Below the pieces are notes generated by a model. That model was given only the letters and a program-made list of their open reading frames with translations. It searched no databases and had not been told where the DNA came from. Source: Bacteroidota bacterium (lineage in GTDB: Bacteria; Bacteroidota; Bacteroidia; Flavobacteriales_D; UBA2798). From it: a stretch of 64,000 nt of DNA. The first letter of the stretch is position 1; every line of letters begins with the position of its first letter. The translations under genes and the position numbers were made by a program. Location: assembly GCA_049322335.1 (NCBI GenBank), contig JBMORL010000103.1, positions 995 through 64,994 on the forward strand, in the 5' to 3' direction. Shown here piece after piece: positions 1 through 8,736 of the stretch.

Positions 1-1893
1 TGCATTTAGTGTAGGAAGATTAACCGAAAAGGTTCCTCCAAAAACGAAAAGGTTGTTATTGGCATCTGTTATTATACAGGCAGCATTATCTTCAAGAGCA
101 CCTGCTGGTCCGGGTCCGCTTCCGCCATAATAAGTAGACCAGGACAAATTACCTGTATTGCTGAATAAAGCTAAATAAGCATCATCATTTCCGTTTAGTG
201 TATTTGAAAAATATCCGCCAGAATTCAGAGTCGGAAAATCAGGAGAGCTTGTAGTTCCGCATATATATACATTGTTGTTGCCGTCAATAGTAATACTTTG
301 TCCCAGTTCAAATAAACTTCCTCCCAAAAAAGAAGACCACAATAAATTGCCATTGTTGCTGAATTTTCCGACAACCGATTCAGTGGGCCCGCTCATTGTT
401 CCGTCAAAGTAGGTTCCTGAATTTAGCAATGGAAAATTAGCTGCATCAGTAGATCCATGAAAAAAAACATTTCCAAAAGAGTCGATGTCGATATCATATA
501 TATAATCATCAAAAGTATCCGTTCCTCCAAAGTAGGTAGCCCATAACAGCACGCCTGTATTGCTGAATTTCAGTAATACCGGATCTCTGAATCCATTAAA
601 AGTTCCATCATAGTACGTTCCGCTATTAAGCGTAGGAAAATTCATGGAGAAAGTTTCTCCGCAGATAAATATATTGCCCGAGTTATCCGCTTTTATTTCG
701 TAACCTGCATCAGCATCGCTGCCACCATAATAGGTTGACCATAACAAAACACCTGCCGGAGAGAATTTGCTTATAAACATGTCGCCTGACGCAACCACAC
801 TGCTAAAATATGTGCCTGAATTTAGCAATGGAAAACCGCCATTGGCCGCATAGCCGGTCATAAACAGGTTTCCTGAATCATCTGTTGTCATTGAATGCGG
901 CACCTGTATTCCCCCGCTTCCGAAATAAGTACTCCAGGTTAGCTGTGGATCAATAACCAATGTATCATTTATTATTCCCTTATAATCAACTTTAACAGCA
1001 ACTTCTGTTTTGTAAGCATCAATGCGCTTAAGATTAAAATAACTTTCAATTACTTTTTTTGAATTTTTCATATAACTATACGGAGCGCCCTCACTCAAAA
1101 CTCCTAATTCCGTGCTTACATTTAAACCTCCTTCAGAGTTTAACTCCAGGGGGACAGCGCTTTCATAAATAAGTCTGATTTCAGAAGGATTGGCTCCGGG
1201 ATGGACAATAAAGTCGTACTTAATTCCTTTTTTTTCATTGCAATAAATAACCCAGTCAATGCCTTTGTATATTTCCTTAACGACTACTTTTTTGTATTTA
1301 CTTATTTGATAATTGCCCTTATCCACAGTTTCCAAAAAATAAGTAAAGGTTTCTTTTCCTTTTTCTTCTGCAAAAACATTTGAGGAGTTTATTTGAGCAC
1401 CTTTTAAAACCATATTTACCCAGGCCATTTGTATCGGAAATTCATATTTACTTTTGTTTCGGCCCTTAATCAAATCCGGTGAATCAATATTTTTAGTATC
1501 GGGTTTATCCGTGAAATCTGTGAATACATAAGTTAATCCTTCTTTTGTGATGTAAATGCTCATATCATTAAAAGAGGCTTTGAAAAGTACGTTCTTCGCT
1601 TTTTCGCCATTCACGTCAAGTATCTGGCCGATATTTTCCTCAAATCCAATACCTGTGGCCGATCCGGTGGATGATGGTGTGTCCGGGCCGCTGTTTCCTG
1701 AAAATGCAGATGACAATTTATCAGCCGTTGAACCATGTTGTTCCTTCATATCAATCAACTGCTCTTTGTTCCCGGCATATTCCGGGGAAATCAAATACTG
1801 GCTGTATTCTGATGCAAATGGCTGGGAGGGCGCCATTGTATAAAACAAAAGGAACAGCATGAGAATAAATAAAGAAAAAAAATTCGGTGTCAT
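1..1893 (-). CDS. SBBP (seven-bladed beta-propeller) repeat secreted protein, 3' end runs off the window
   Basis: Absent from the ORF track, probably because no stop lies in the window. Manual translation from ATG at 1893 gives a signal peptide (MTPNFFSLFILMLFLLFY), then GFEENIGQ...VLFKA...IYITKEGLTYVF and LVIDP-LTWSTYFG, then repeats of W(S/A)(T/S)(Y/F)xGG...FP(T/L)LNxG. The ends I translated are in frame with base 1. Confidence 0.85.
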   Translation of the reverse strand, partial: MTPNFFSLFILMLFLLFYTMAPSQPFASEYSQYLISPEYAGNKEQLIDMKEQHGSTADKLSSAFSGNSGPDTPSSTGSATGIGFEENIGQILDVNGEKAKNVLFKASFNDMSIYITKEGLTYVFTDFTDKPDTKNIDSPDLIKGRNKSKYEFPIQMAWVNMVLKGAQINSSNVFAEEKGKETFTYFLETVDKGNYQISKYKKVVVKEIYKGIDWVIYCNEKKGIKYDFIVHPGANPSEIRLIYESAVPLELNSEGGLNVSTELGVLSEGAPYSYMKNSKKVIESYFNLKRIDAYKTEVAVKVDYKGIINDTLVIDPQLTWSTYFGSGGIQVPHSMTTDDSGNLFMTGYAANGGFPLLNSGTYFSSVVASGDMFISKFSPAGVLLWSTYYGGSDADAGYEIKADNSGNIFICGETFSMNFPTLNSGTYYDGTFNGFRDPVLLKFSNTGVLLWATYFGGTDTFDDYIYDIDIDSFGNVFFHGSTDAANFPLLNSGTYFDGTMSGPTESVVGKFSNNGNLLWSSFLGGSLFELGQSITIDGNNNVYICGTTSSPDFPTLNSGGYFSNTLNGNDDAYLALFSNTGNLSWSTYYGGSGPGPAGALEDNAACIITDANNNLFVFGGTFSVNLPTLNA

Positions 1894-1929
1894 TGCGCAA
1901 TAATTTTTTTTAGGTTTTCGCTTTACGAA

Positions 1930-1950
1930 TATATTTCAAATTGAAATATA
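1930..1950. promoter_or_regulatory. Perfect 10-1-10 inverted repeat in a divergent promoter region (candidate operator)
   Basis: TATATTTCAA-A-TTGAAATATA. It overlaps a minus-strand TATATTCG box (1926-1933) and lies 11 bp before a plus-strand TATCTTTG -7 box (1962-1969). Confidence 0.5.
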
Positions 1951-2013
1951 AATGAATTTAATATCTTTGTTAAAACAGGAATCAAAACAATTATTCTAAA
2001 ACGATTTCGGAAA

Positions 2014-3486
2014 ATGGCAAAAGTTCCTTCTGCAGCAGTGTTTGATCTGATAAAGTCTTTAAATAAGACTGAAATAAGGTATTTCAGGGTATATTGCAAC
2101 CGGCATGTTATTAATGAAAAGAATAAATATCTCAGTTTGTTTGATTTGGTTATAAAACAGGAGTCTTTTAATGATAATTACCTGTTCCTGAAATCAGGAT
2201 TTAGCCGAAAGCAGACATATAATGAATTAAAACGCTACCTGTATTTTGTGATCCTGGATGCACTCTGTGCTTTTTATAAACGGAGTACAACTACAAATTC
2301 CATTAAATATTTAATTGAACAAACTACTATACTTTTCGAAAAACAGTTGTTTCACCAGGCCTATCAGCTGCTTCAAAAAGCCAAATACCTTGCAGAAAAA
2401 AATGAAAGTTTAAAGGAATTGTATGATGTTATTGAGCTGGAAGAAACAATTTTATTAAATCATTTGCATTTACATGAACTGGATGAACGGCTAAAAAATA
2501 ATTTTAAGCGTAAACGTTTTTTATCAAACCAAATAGCAGTATGCGCCCGCTACAGGTATTATTATCTGAAAATGGGGGTGGCTTATTTGAAGGGTATTTC
2601 GAAGGGAGCACAGCAAATTATTCATGGCCTTGCCGGGAAAATTGATATAAAAGAGATGCATCGCATGAAACAATACGAGATCTACTTTCATGGTTTTTCT
2701 GTGCTGGAAAAAGATTTTGAATTATCGGGAAATTTAAATCAATGTATAAAAACCAGGCTCACTTTGCTGAAACTTATTGAAAAATATCTGCCGTTAAGAA
2801 ATGTATATCCTGATTATTTTGAAACCTATCACAACTATATTCTCGCATTAATCCAGGCCAAACATTTTAAACTGGTGGAGAAGCACCTGGCATTGCTTCT
2901 TGCCCATTATTATAAAATAAAAAATGAACCGGTAAAAACAAATGTTATATCGTATTGGTTTGCGCTAACAACCAAATATTTTTTACAACGCAGGTGGTAC
3001 AACGAACTTAGCAATGTAGCCGCCAAGTACGACAGGGAAATACCGGTAAAATTTCTTAAGGAGGATAGTTATTATAACCAGTGGCTGCGCCAAAAATACT
3101 GGTTTGCCTATGCTGCCTTTCATGACGGAAATCTCAGGTTATGTATAAGAAGATTGCATGAGATCACAAACGATCCGCGTGAGGGGATAGGAGCACACAT
3201 TCAACTGTATGCTTCGTTGCTCAAAATTATTGTTCATATTGAAATGGGTGATTTTGAGCTGGGACTAAGTTTGCTGAATGCTTTAAAAAGAAATTTTAAA
3301 GTCAATAATCCCCGTATGAATAATGTTATACGAACATATTTTTCACATATTCCAAAACTGGGCAAATCCCGTTTAAAACAGTCGTGGATTAATTTTTATC
3401 ATGACCTCGAAAAGTGTAAAAGCAAAAATAATTCCGGTTTTCCAAAAGAGCTGGACATAACAGATTGGCTAAAAAGAAAAGAGTAA
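2014..3486 (+). CDS. Uncharacterised 490-aa cytoplasmic helical/TPR-like protein, possible regulator
   Basis: N-terminal FDLIKSLNKTEIRYF...YLSLFDLV...KRYLYFVILDAL block typical of a recurring Bacteroidota hypothetical family. The rest is basic and helical, with no signal peptide. Confidence 0.75.
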   Translation: MAKVPSAAVFDLIKSLNKTEIRYFRVYCNRHVINEKNKYLSLFDLVIKQESFNDNYLFLKSGFSRKQTYNELKRYLYFVILDALCAFYKRSTTTNSIKYLIEQTTILFEKQLFHQAYQLLQKAKYLAEKNESLKELYDVIELEETILLNHLHLHELDERLKNNFKRKRFLSNQIAVCARYRYYYLKMGVAYLKGISKGAQQIIHGLAGKIDIKEMHRMKQYEIYFHGFSVLEKDFELSGNLNQCIKTRLTLLKLIEKYLPLRNVYPDYFETYHNYILALIQAKHFKLVEKHLALLLAHYYKIKNEPVKTNVISYWFALTTKYFLQRRWYNELSNVAAKYDREIPVKFLKEDSYYNQWLRQKYWFAYAAFHDGNLRLCIRRLHEITNDPREGIGAHIQLYASLLKIIVHIEMGDFELGLSLLNALKRNFKVNNPRMNNVIRTYFSHIPKLGKSRLKQSWINFYHDLEKCKSKNNSGFPKELDITDWLKRKE

Positions 3487-3511
3487 AGAAAGTTTTTGAT
3501 TCAGAAAACGA

Positions 3512-6466
3512 TTATCGTATAAGCGTTACGTGGCCAATAAAATCATATGGAATCCCATCGGTTGCCGTAAGGCGAACCTTCCAAATGTAAACATCGATGG
3601 CAGCCTCTTTACCCATGTATGTTCCGTCCCAGCCCTTGTTTATATCAGTCGATTCAAAAATCAATTCTCCCCAGCGGTTAAAAATCTGCATGCTGAATGT
3701 TGAAATACCCACGCCCTTACTCATGAATAGTTCATTTAAATCGCCACCGTTTGGTGTAAATGCGTTAGGACAATAGAAACTAAAGTCGGTGCCTATGTGC
3801 AAGTAATAAGTGATGGTTGAAGTACATCCCTGCGCATTGGTAACCGTTAAAGTAACTGTATAATCACCGGGCGCGGCATAGGTATGTTCGGGATGTTGCT
3901 CGGTTGATGTGGTTCCATCGCCAAAATTCCATTCCCACAAAATTCCGCCTGACGAAATATCTGTAAACGATACAACAGGATTTGTCATATCCGGATTTAA
4001 CGGTGAAAAAGAAAAACCGGCAACGGGTCCGGGAAAAACAGTAATCAGTGATGCTATAGTTGTGTCGTCTGTACAACCATCTGTAGTTGTAACCTGCAAC
4101 GTTACGGTATAAGTTCCGGGATTATTGTAAGTGTAGCCTGGATGCAGGACAGACGAAATTCCGCCATCACCAAAATCCCAGTTGTTTTGAGCAATAGAAT
4201 TAACAGGTGTGACAGACTGATTGGTAAAAAGCACTGTAAGTGGTGCGCATCCCTGTTGCGGAACAGCGGTAAAAGATGCGAATGGATCATAAAAAATTAC
4301 TGAAATGCTATCGGTATCTGTACACATTCCATTGGTAACAGTAACCCAATAATTACCGGTTTGCGCTACTGTAATAGTTTGTGTTGCCGAACCAGTATTC
4401 CAGGAAAACACCGATCCTGAATTTTGTGCATTAAGTGTTGCCGAACTTCCGGTACAAGCGGTTATGTTTGCACCGAGATTTACATCAACATTGTTAATTG
4501 TAATATCAATAGAATCTGTTGTGCTGCATCCGCTATTGTTTACCGTTACCCAATAACTTCCGCTGGCAGTTACATTATAAAACTGGTTGTTACTTCCGTC
4601 TTGCCAGATAAAATTTGCTCCCGGGTTTTGGGCATCGAGTAAAAAACCGGGCGCACATAAAGTAGTATCCATTCCCAGGTTAACAACGGGTGGAGATACA
4701 ACTACAATTATTGCCGAAGAAGTATCGGTATCGCCTAACGAATCGGTTACAATTACAGTATACGTAGTTGTTACTGCGGGACAAACATTGATGGGGCCTG
4801 CCGTGGTAGAAGTAATTCCATTATTCCAGGTATATTGGTAAGGTGGTGATCCTCCTGCTGTAGCGGCCATTAAATTTATACAATCGCCAACGCAAATTGT
4901 GTCGGGTTGAATGCTTACCGTTACGCCACAATTTACATTTATACTTTGTGTAATGGTATCGGCATCCCATGTGCAGTTTTGTACTATGAGTGTTACATTG
5001 TATGCTCCTGATGAAGTGTAGGTATGCACCGGGTGCTGAAGTGAAGAAGAATTTCCGTCACCAAAATCCCATACCCATGATTTAATATTATTACAGCCTG
5101 TTACACTCATGTCTGTAAATTCAACCGTGAGGCATGAATCAGTAAACTGAAAACCTGCTACCACCGTATCGGGATGATATAACCATAACACATCTGAGGT
5201 TCCCATTCCATCACGCAACCAAAATCCCGATTGATTTTGCCACCAGGCTTGTCCTTCTGTTATGGCAGGATGATTTAGTGTCGAAGGAGTTCCTTGAGTG
5301 CCGTATACGGCTGCTCCGGTATATTGCGCAATTAACGCGAATGCATTGGTGCCGGGATTATATCTCCAAAATTCACCACCAAAAGAAGCGTTTCCATCCA
5401 ATCTCCACATATTGTTGCAATCATCAACCCATACAGCTCTTTTTTCACTGTCCATGCCGGGAGAATTATTTGGGTCTTCGCTGCAGAGTGTAGTAAACTG
5501 CATTCCAACAGGACTAATAATTTTCATACAGGCCCACTGTTCAAGTGTAACATCAAATTTCCATACTTCGGTTTGAAAAGGGCCGAACATGATGATGCAA
5601 TTTCGCAGCATCCAAAAATCTCCGTTGCTATCCTGCCAGGTACACCAGGTAGAATTATTACTTGAACCGGCACCAGGTGTATTTGCCGGTGCGGGTACAC
5701 CTAATGTTCCAACTACAGGAGGCCCCATGGGTGTTCCTTTTTTCCATATCCACTGGCTGATAGAAACATCAAACATCCACATTACGCCATCCATCCAGTT
5801 AAAAAACCAAATGTTGTTGTTAGCATCTACCCACGGGTCTGTATTTTCTTCGATAAAACCACCGGGTGTATTAAGTGGTGAAGCAACATTTATTGTTCCA
5901 TAGGTTGGAGCAGTAACTGTTCCTCCGCTTCCATGCATCCAGGTCCATTGCCCTGTTCCAATATTATATTTCCAAAGGTCATTTGCCCAGCCGCTTTCGG
6001 TTCCGTAGACCCAAAGATTATTGTTTTGGTCAATCCATCCCGGTGATCCATGTAGTTTTCCTCCCGGCCATGTAGTTGCAGAGGCTACACCCATGGTTCC
6101 GAACACGCCTGGTGGAGCTGATATACCATTTCCACCATACCATGTCCATTCATTGGTTGCCGGGTTATAAGTCCACAAATCGTTTCGCATTGTTCCCGCA
6201 GGAAGATTTTCTCCACCCCAGTACCAGAACATTCCGTTTTGATCTACCCACGGAGTACTGCAATAACGGTCGCCTCCCGGTGTGTTTGCTGCATTAGGCA
6301 CACCCATCGTTCCAAATACCGGTGCCGATCCGGCTGCCGATCCATGCACCCATTCCCACTGGCCCTGTGAAAACACCTGAGAAAAGGAAAAAATAAAAAG
6401 CAGGCATAAAAAACCCAACGACCGAAACTTGACAGTAAAAAGCAAAAGTTGGCAACAGGTTTTCAT
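3512..6466 (-). CDS. Kelch-like propeller + PKD domains + T9SS type B (gliding-motility-associated) C-terminal domain protein
   Basis: Signal peptide from ATG 6466 (track start 6487). WxWxxG...GTxGV...NDLWxY blades, three WDFGDG/WNFGDG PKD motifs, and a C-terminal PNAFTPNG...IFNRWGE...GWDG...GHVTLIR. Confidence 0.9.
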   Translation of the reverse strand: MKTCCQLLLFTVKFRSLGFLCLLFIFSFSQVFSQGQWEWVHGSAAGSAPVFGTMGVPNAANTPGGDRYCSTPWVDQNGMFWYWGGENLPAGTMRNDLWTYNPATNEWTWYGGNGISAPPGVFGTMGVASATTWPGGKLHGSPGWIDQNNNLWVYGTESGWANDLWKYNIGTGQWTWMHGSGGTVTAPTYGTINVASPLNTPGGFIEENTDPWVDANNNIWFFNWMDGVMWMFDVSISQWIWKKGTPMGPPVVGTLGVPAPANTPGAGSSNNSTWCTWQDSNGDFWMLRNCIIMFGPFQTEVWKFDVTLEQWACMKIISPVGMQFTTLCSEDPNNSPGMDSEKRAVWVDDCNNMWRLDGNASFGGEFWRYNPGTNAFALIAQYTGAAVYGTQGTPSTLNHPAITEGQAWWQNQSGFWLRDGMGTSDVLWLYHPDTVVAGFQFTDSCLTVEFTDMSVTGCNNIKSWVWDFGDGNSSSLQHPVHTYTSSGAYNVTLIVQNCTWDADTITQSINVNCGVTVSIQPDTICVGDCINLMAATAGGSPPYQYTWNNGITSTTAGPINVCPAVTTTYTVIVTDSLGDTDTSSAIIVVVSPPVVNLGMDTTLCAPGFLLDAQNPGANFIWQDGSNNQFYNVTASGSYWVTVNNSGCSTTDSIDITINNVDVNLGANITACTGSSATLNAQNSGSVFSWNTGSATQTITVAQTGNYWVTVTNGMCTDTDSISVIFYDPFASFTAVPQQGCAPLTVLFTNQSVTPVNSIAQNNWDFGDGGISSVLHPGYTYNNPGTYTVTLQVTTTDGCTDDTTIASLITVFPGPVAGFSFSPLNPDMTNPVVSFTDISSGGILWEWNFGDGTTSTEQHPEHTYAAPGDYTVTLTVTNAQGCTSTITYYLHIGTDFSFYCPNAFTPNGGDLNELFMSKGVGISTFSMQIFNRWGELIFESTDINKGWDGTYMGKEAAIDVYIWKVRLTATDGIPYDFIGHVTLIR

Positions 6467-6620
6467 CAAGCGTTTATTATGTCCCAAATTTCCTCACGCG
6501 GGCGCGTATTACCAAAATAAAGGCTATAACAAACCTATTACATGTTAATAGTTGGATAAAAACTATAATTTTGAAAACCAATTACTTAACTATAAGTAAT
6601 GAAAAAAATATCTATTATTT

Positions 6621-8405
6621 TTAGAAAGAGGATATAAATCTTGGGAGATTGTCTTCATGGTTTAGTTCAAGTTTCTTTTTAAGCCTTACTCTTGATATTT
6701 GTACACTACCGGGCACTATGTTCATTAGCCGGGCAATTTCCTTGGTTGATAAGTTCATTTTGATGTAAGCGCAGTGTTTGAGATCGTGCATGGTTAATTG
6801 CGGATACTGTTTTTCGAGTTTGGTAAAAAAGTGCGGATGGACCTGTTCAAAATGGTATTTGAATTGCTGCCAGTCTTTCTCCAGGCTCATATTTTCGGCA
6901 ATGGTCTTTTTTAGTTCATTTAGTTGAAGGATGATCTTTGCATCGGTACTTGAAATATTTTCAATTTTTTCATTTAATGTATTCAATATTTCGTTTTTGG
7001 TATAAATACTTACCGTTACAGTAGACAACTCACGGTTTTTAAGTTCAACCTCATCTTTCAGATGCATATTTTCAAGTTGTTGATTGCGAATGGTTAGTTC
7101 CTGCATCCGGACATGGTTTTCGTGTGCGAGTTTATTTTGTATAATGGTTTTTGATTTCAGGCGGATGGCTATAAACAGCATAATAAGAATAATTCCCGAT
7201 GAAAATAACAGTAACCATAAAAACCGGTTGCGGTTTTTAATAAGAAGTGTATCCTGTTCAAGCACTTTAACTTTTGCATTGGCAAGTTGTATGTCGCGGT
7301 CTTTTTTATCTACTTCATACAGAATACGCAGTTTTTCAATTCGCTCATCGCTTTCTGTATTAAAAATACTGTCTTTCACATTTATATATAAATGCGTGTA
7401 GTCGAATGCTTTTTTAAAATTATTTCCCGCATAATAAATTTGCGAAAGTTGTAATAATGCCTCGGATTTATGCAACATGCTTTGACCGGCTATAGCATTT
7501 TCAAGCGAAACCAATGCATATTTTTCAGCTTCAGTTAATTTTCCGGTACGGAAATACAAGTCGGCAATGTTGCGTTGTGTTATAGCAATACTTTTTTTAC
7601 TGCCGGAGGCCAGTTTAATTTCCAGCGCCTGTGTAAAGTAATCAAGTGCTTTATCGTATTCTTTCATTTCAAGGTAAACGGCACCAATATTGTTTAGTGA
7701 ACTGGCCAGGTTGTTTTTTCCCTCCAGTGTTTTTTTTATTTCCAGCCCGCGTAAATGATAAGAAAGTGAATTGCTGAAATCGCGTTTATCAAAATACACC
7801 ATTCCCATATTGTTATACAGGTATGCAATACGTTTTTTATCTTCCAGTTTCTGGTAAACGCTCAATGCTGCTGTAAAATTTTCGATAGCTTCTTCGTATT
7901 TTCGGCTGTAATAGAATACCAGCCCTATTGAATTTTTTACGTTGGCCTGTCCTTCGATATTTTTTGTTTGTTCATATATTTCCAGGGATCCCAAAAGATA
8001 TTTCATGGCCCGGGGATATTCACCCATGTCGGAATATATTCTTCCCAGGTTAAACATTTCTTTGGCTACCCCTGTATCCACCTGGTATTTTTTATAAATA
8101 TCTAAGGCATGATTGCTGTTTTCAATTGATTCGGCAAATTTCCCAAGAGTATAATATTCTTCACTCAAAACCGAAAGAAGCCGGGCGCGTTGTAGCGGAA
8201 AATGGGCTGAGTTTGCCAGTTGTAACAGGCTGTCGGTTGCAAGATTTTGTGCAGATGCCGCTGATGGTGTTAAAATAAACCAGGTTAAAACCAGCTTCAG
8301 CAATGTTTGGCACACATACCTTAAAAGCGGGTGAAACCGGCCAGTCGCAGCCCGTTCGAATGGTTTGGGATATTGGCGGACAAACGATAAGCAAAATTCA
8401 TTCAT
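6621..8405 (-). CDS. Membrane-anchored TPR sensor with C-terminal LuxR-type HTH (one-component regulator)
   Basis: TPR motifs (NLGRIY, NSIGLVF, NNMGMVY, NNIGAVY), a TM helix (FLWLLLFSSGIILIMLFIAI), a coiled coil, and HCAYIKMNLSTKEIARLMNIVPGSVQISRVRLKKKL. Exact start uncertain. Confidence 0.88.
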   Translation of the reverse strand: MNEFCLSFVRQYPKPFERAATGRFHPLLRYVCQTLLKLVLTWFILTPSAASAQNLATDSLLQLANSAHFPLQRARLLSVLSEEYYTLGKFAESIENSNHALDIYKKYQVDTGVAKEMFNLGRIYSDMGEYPRAMKYLLGSLEIYEQTKNIEGQANVKNSIGLVFYYSRKYEEAIENFTAALSVYQKLEDKKRIAYLYNNMGMVYFDKRDFSNSLSYHLRGLEIKKTLEGKNNLASSLNNIGAVYLEMKEYDKALDYFTQALEIKLASGSKKSIAITQRNIADLYFRTGKLTEAEKYALVSLENAIAGQSMLHKSEALLQLSQIYYAGNNFKKAFDYTHLYINVKDSIFNTESDERIEKLRILYEVDKKDRDIQLANAKVKVLEQDTLLIKNRNRFLWLLLFSSGIILIMLFIAIRLKSKTIIQNKLAHENHVRMQELTIRNQQLENMHLKDEVELKNRELSTVTVSIYTKNEILNTLNEKIENISSTDAKIILQLNELKKTIAENMSLEKDWQQFKYHFEQVHPHFFTKLEKQYPQLTMHDLKHCAYIKMNLSTKEIARLMNIVPGSVQISRVRLKKKLELNHEDNLPRFISSF

Positions 8406-8551
8406 TCATTCAGATGGATAAACAAATATAATTTTTTTAGCTGAACTCCGGTTCTGTAATCGTTCCGGGAAAATATTTTGAGCTGCCCTGAATTCGTTTT
8501 AGGGGGATAATTTTTTTCCGGATTATGAAATAAACATTCCTCTTACGAATA

Positions 8552-8583
8552 CCCCGTCACGCACTTCGCGTGACTGTGGGGAC
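8552..8583. repeat. GC-rich hairpin (terminator or mini-palindrome)
   Basis: CCCC-GTCACGC-ACTTC-GCGTGAC-TGT-GGGGAC, about 150 bp downstream of the stop of the 1.9-kaa gene. Confidence 0.35.
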
Positions 8584-8736
8584 ATTTATTTTGCTGTATC
8601 TTTTTTTGATTATGCCGGCAGGGAGAATAAAACAACATTATTCAGGTTGTTTTTCAATTACATTCTGTTAAACGTGATAGTTTTTATTCTGAAATATTTA
8701 GCATATGCGGCTGTAAAGAAAAAATATAAAAAACTT

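Noticed and set aside
1201-1862. Short plus-strand ORFs in the track
   Set aside because: They lie antisense to the SBBP gene (1-1893, minus), which the track does not list.
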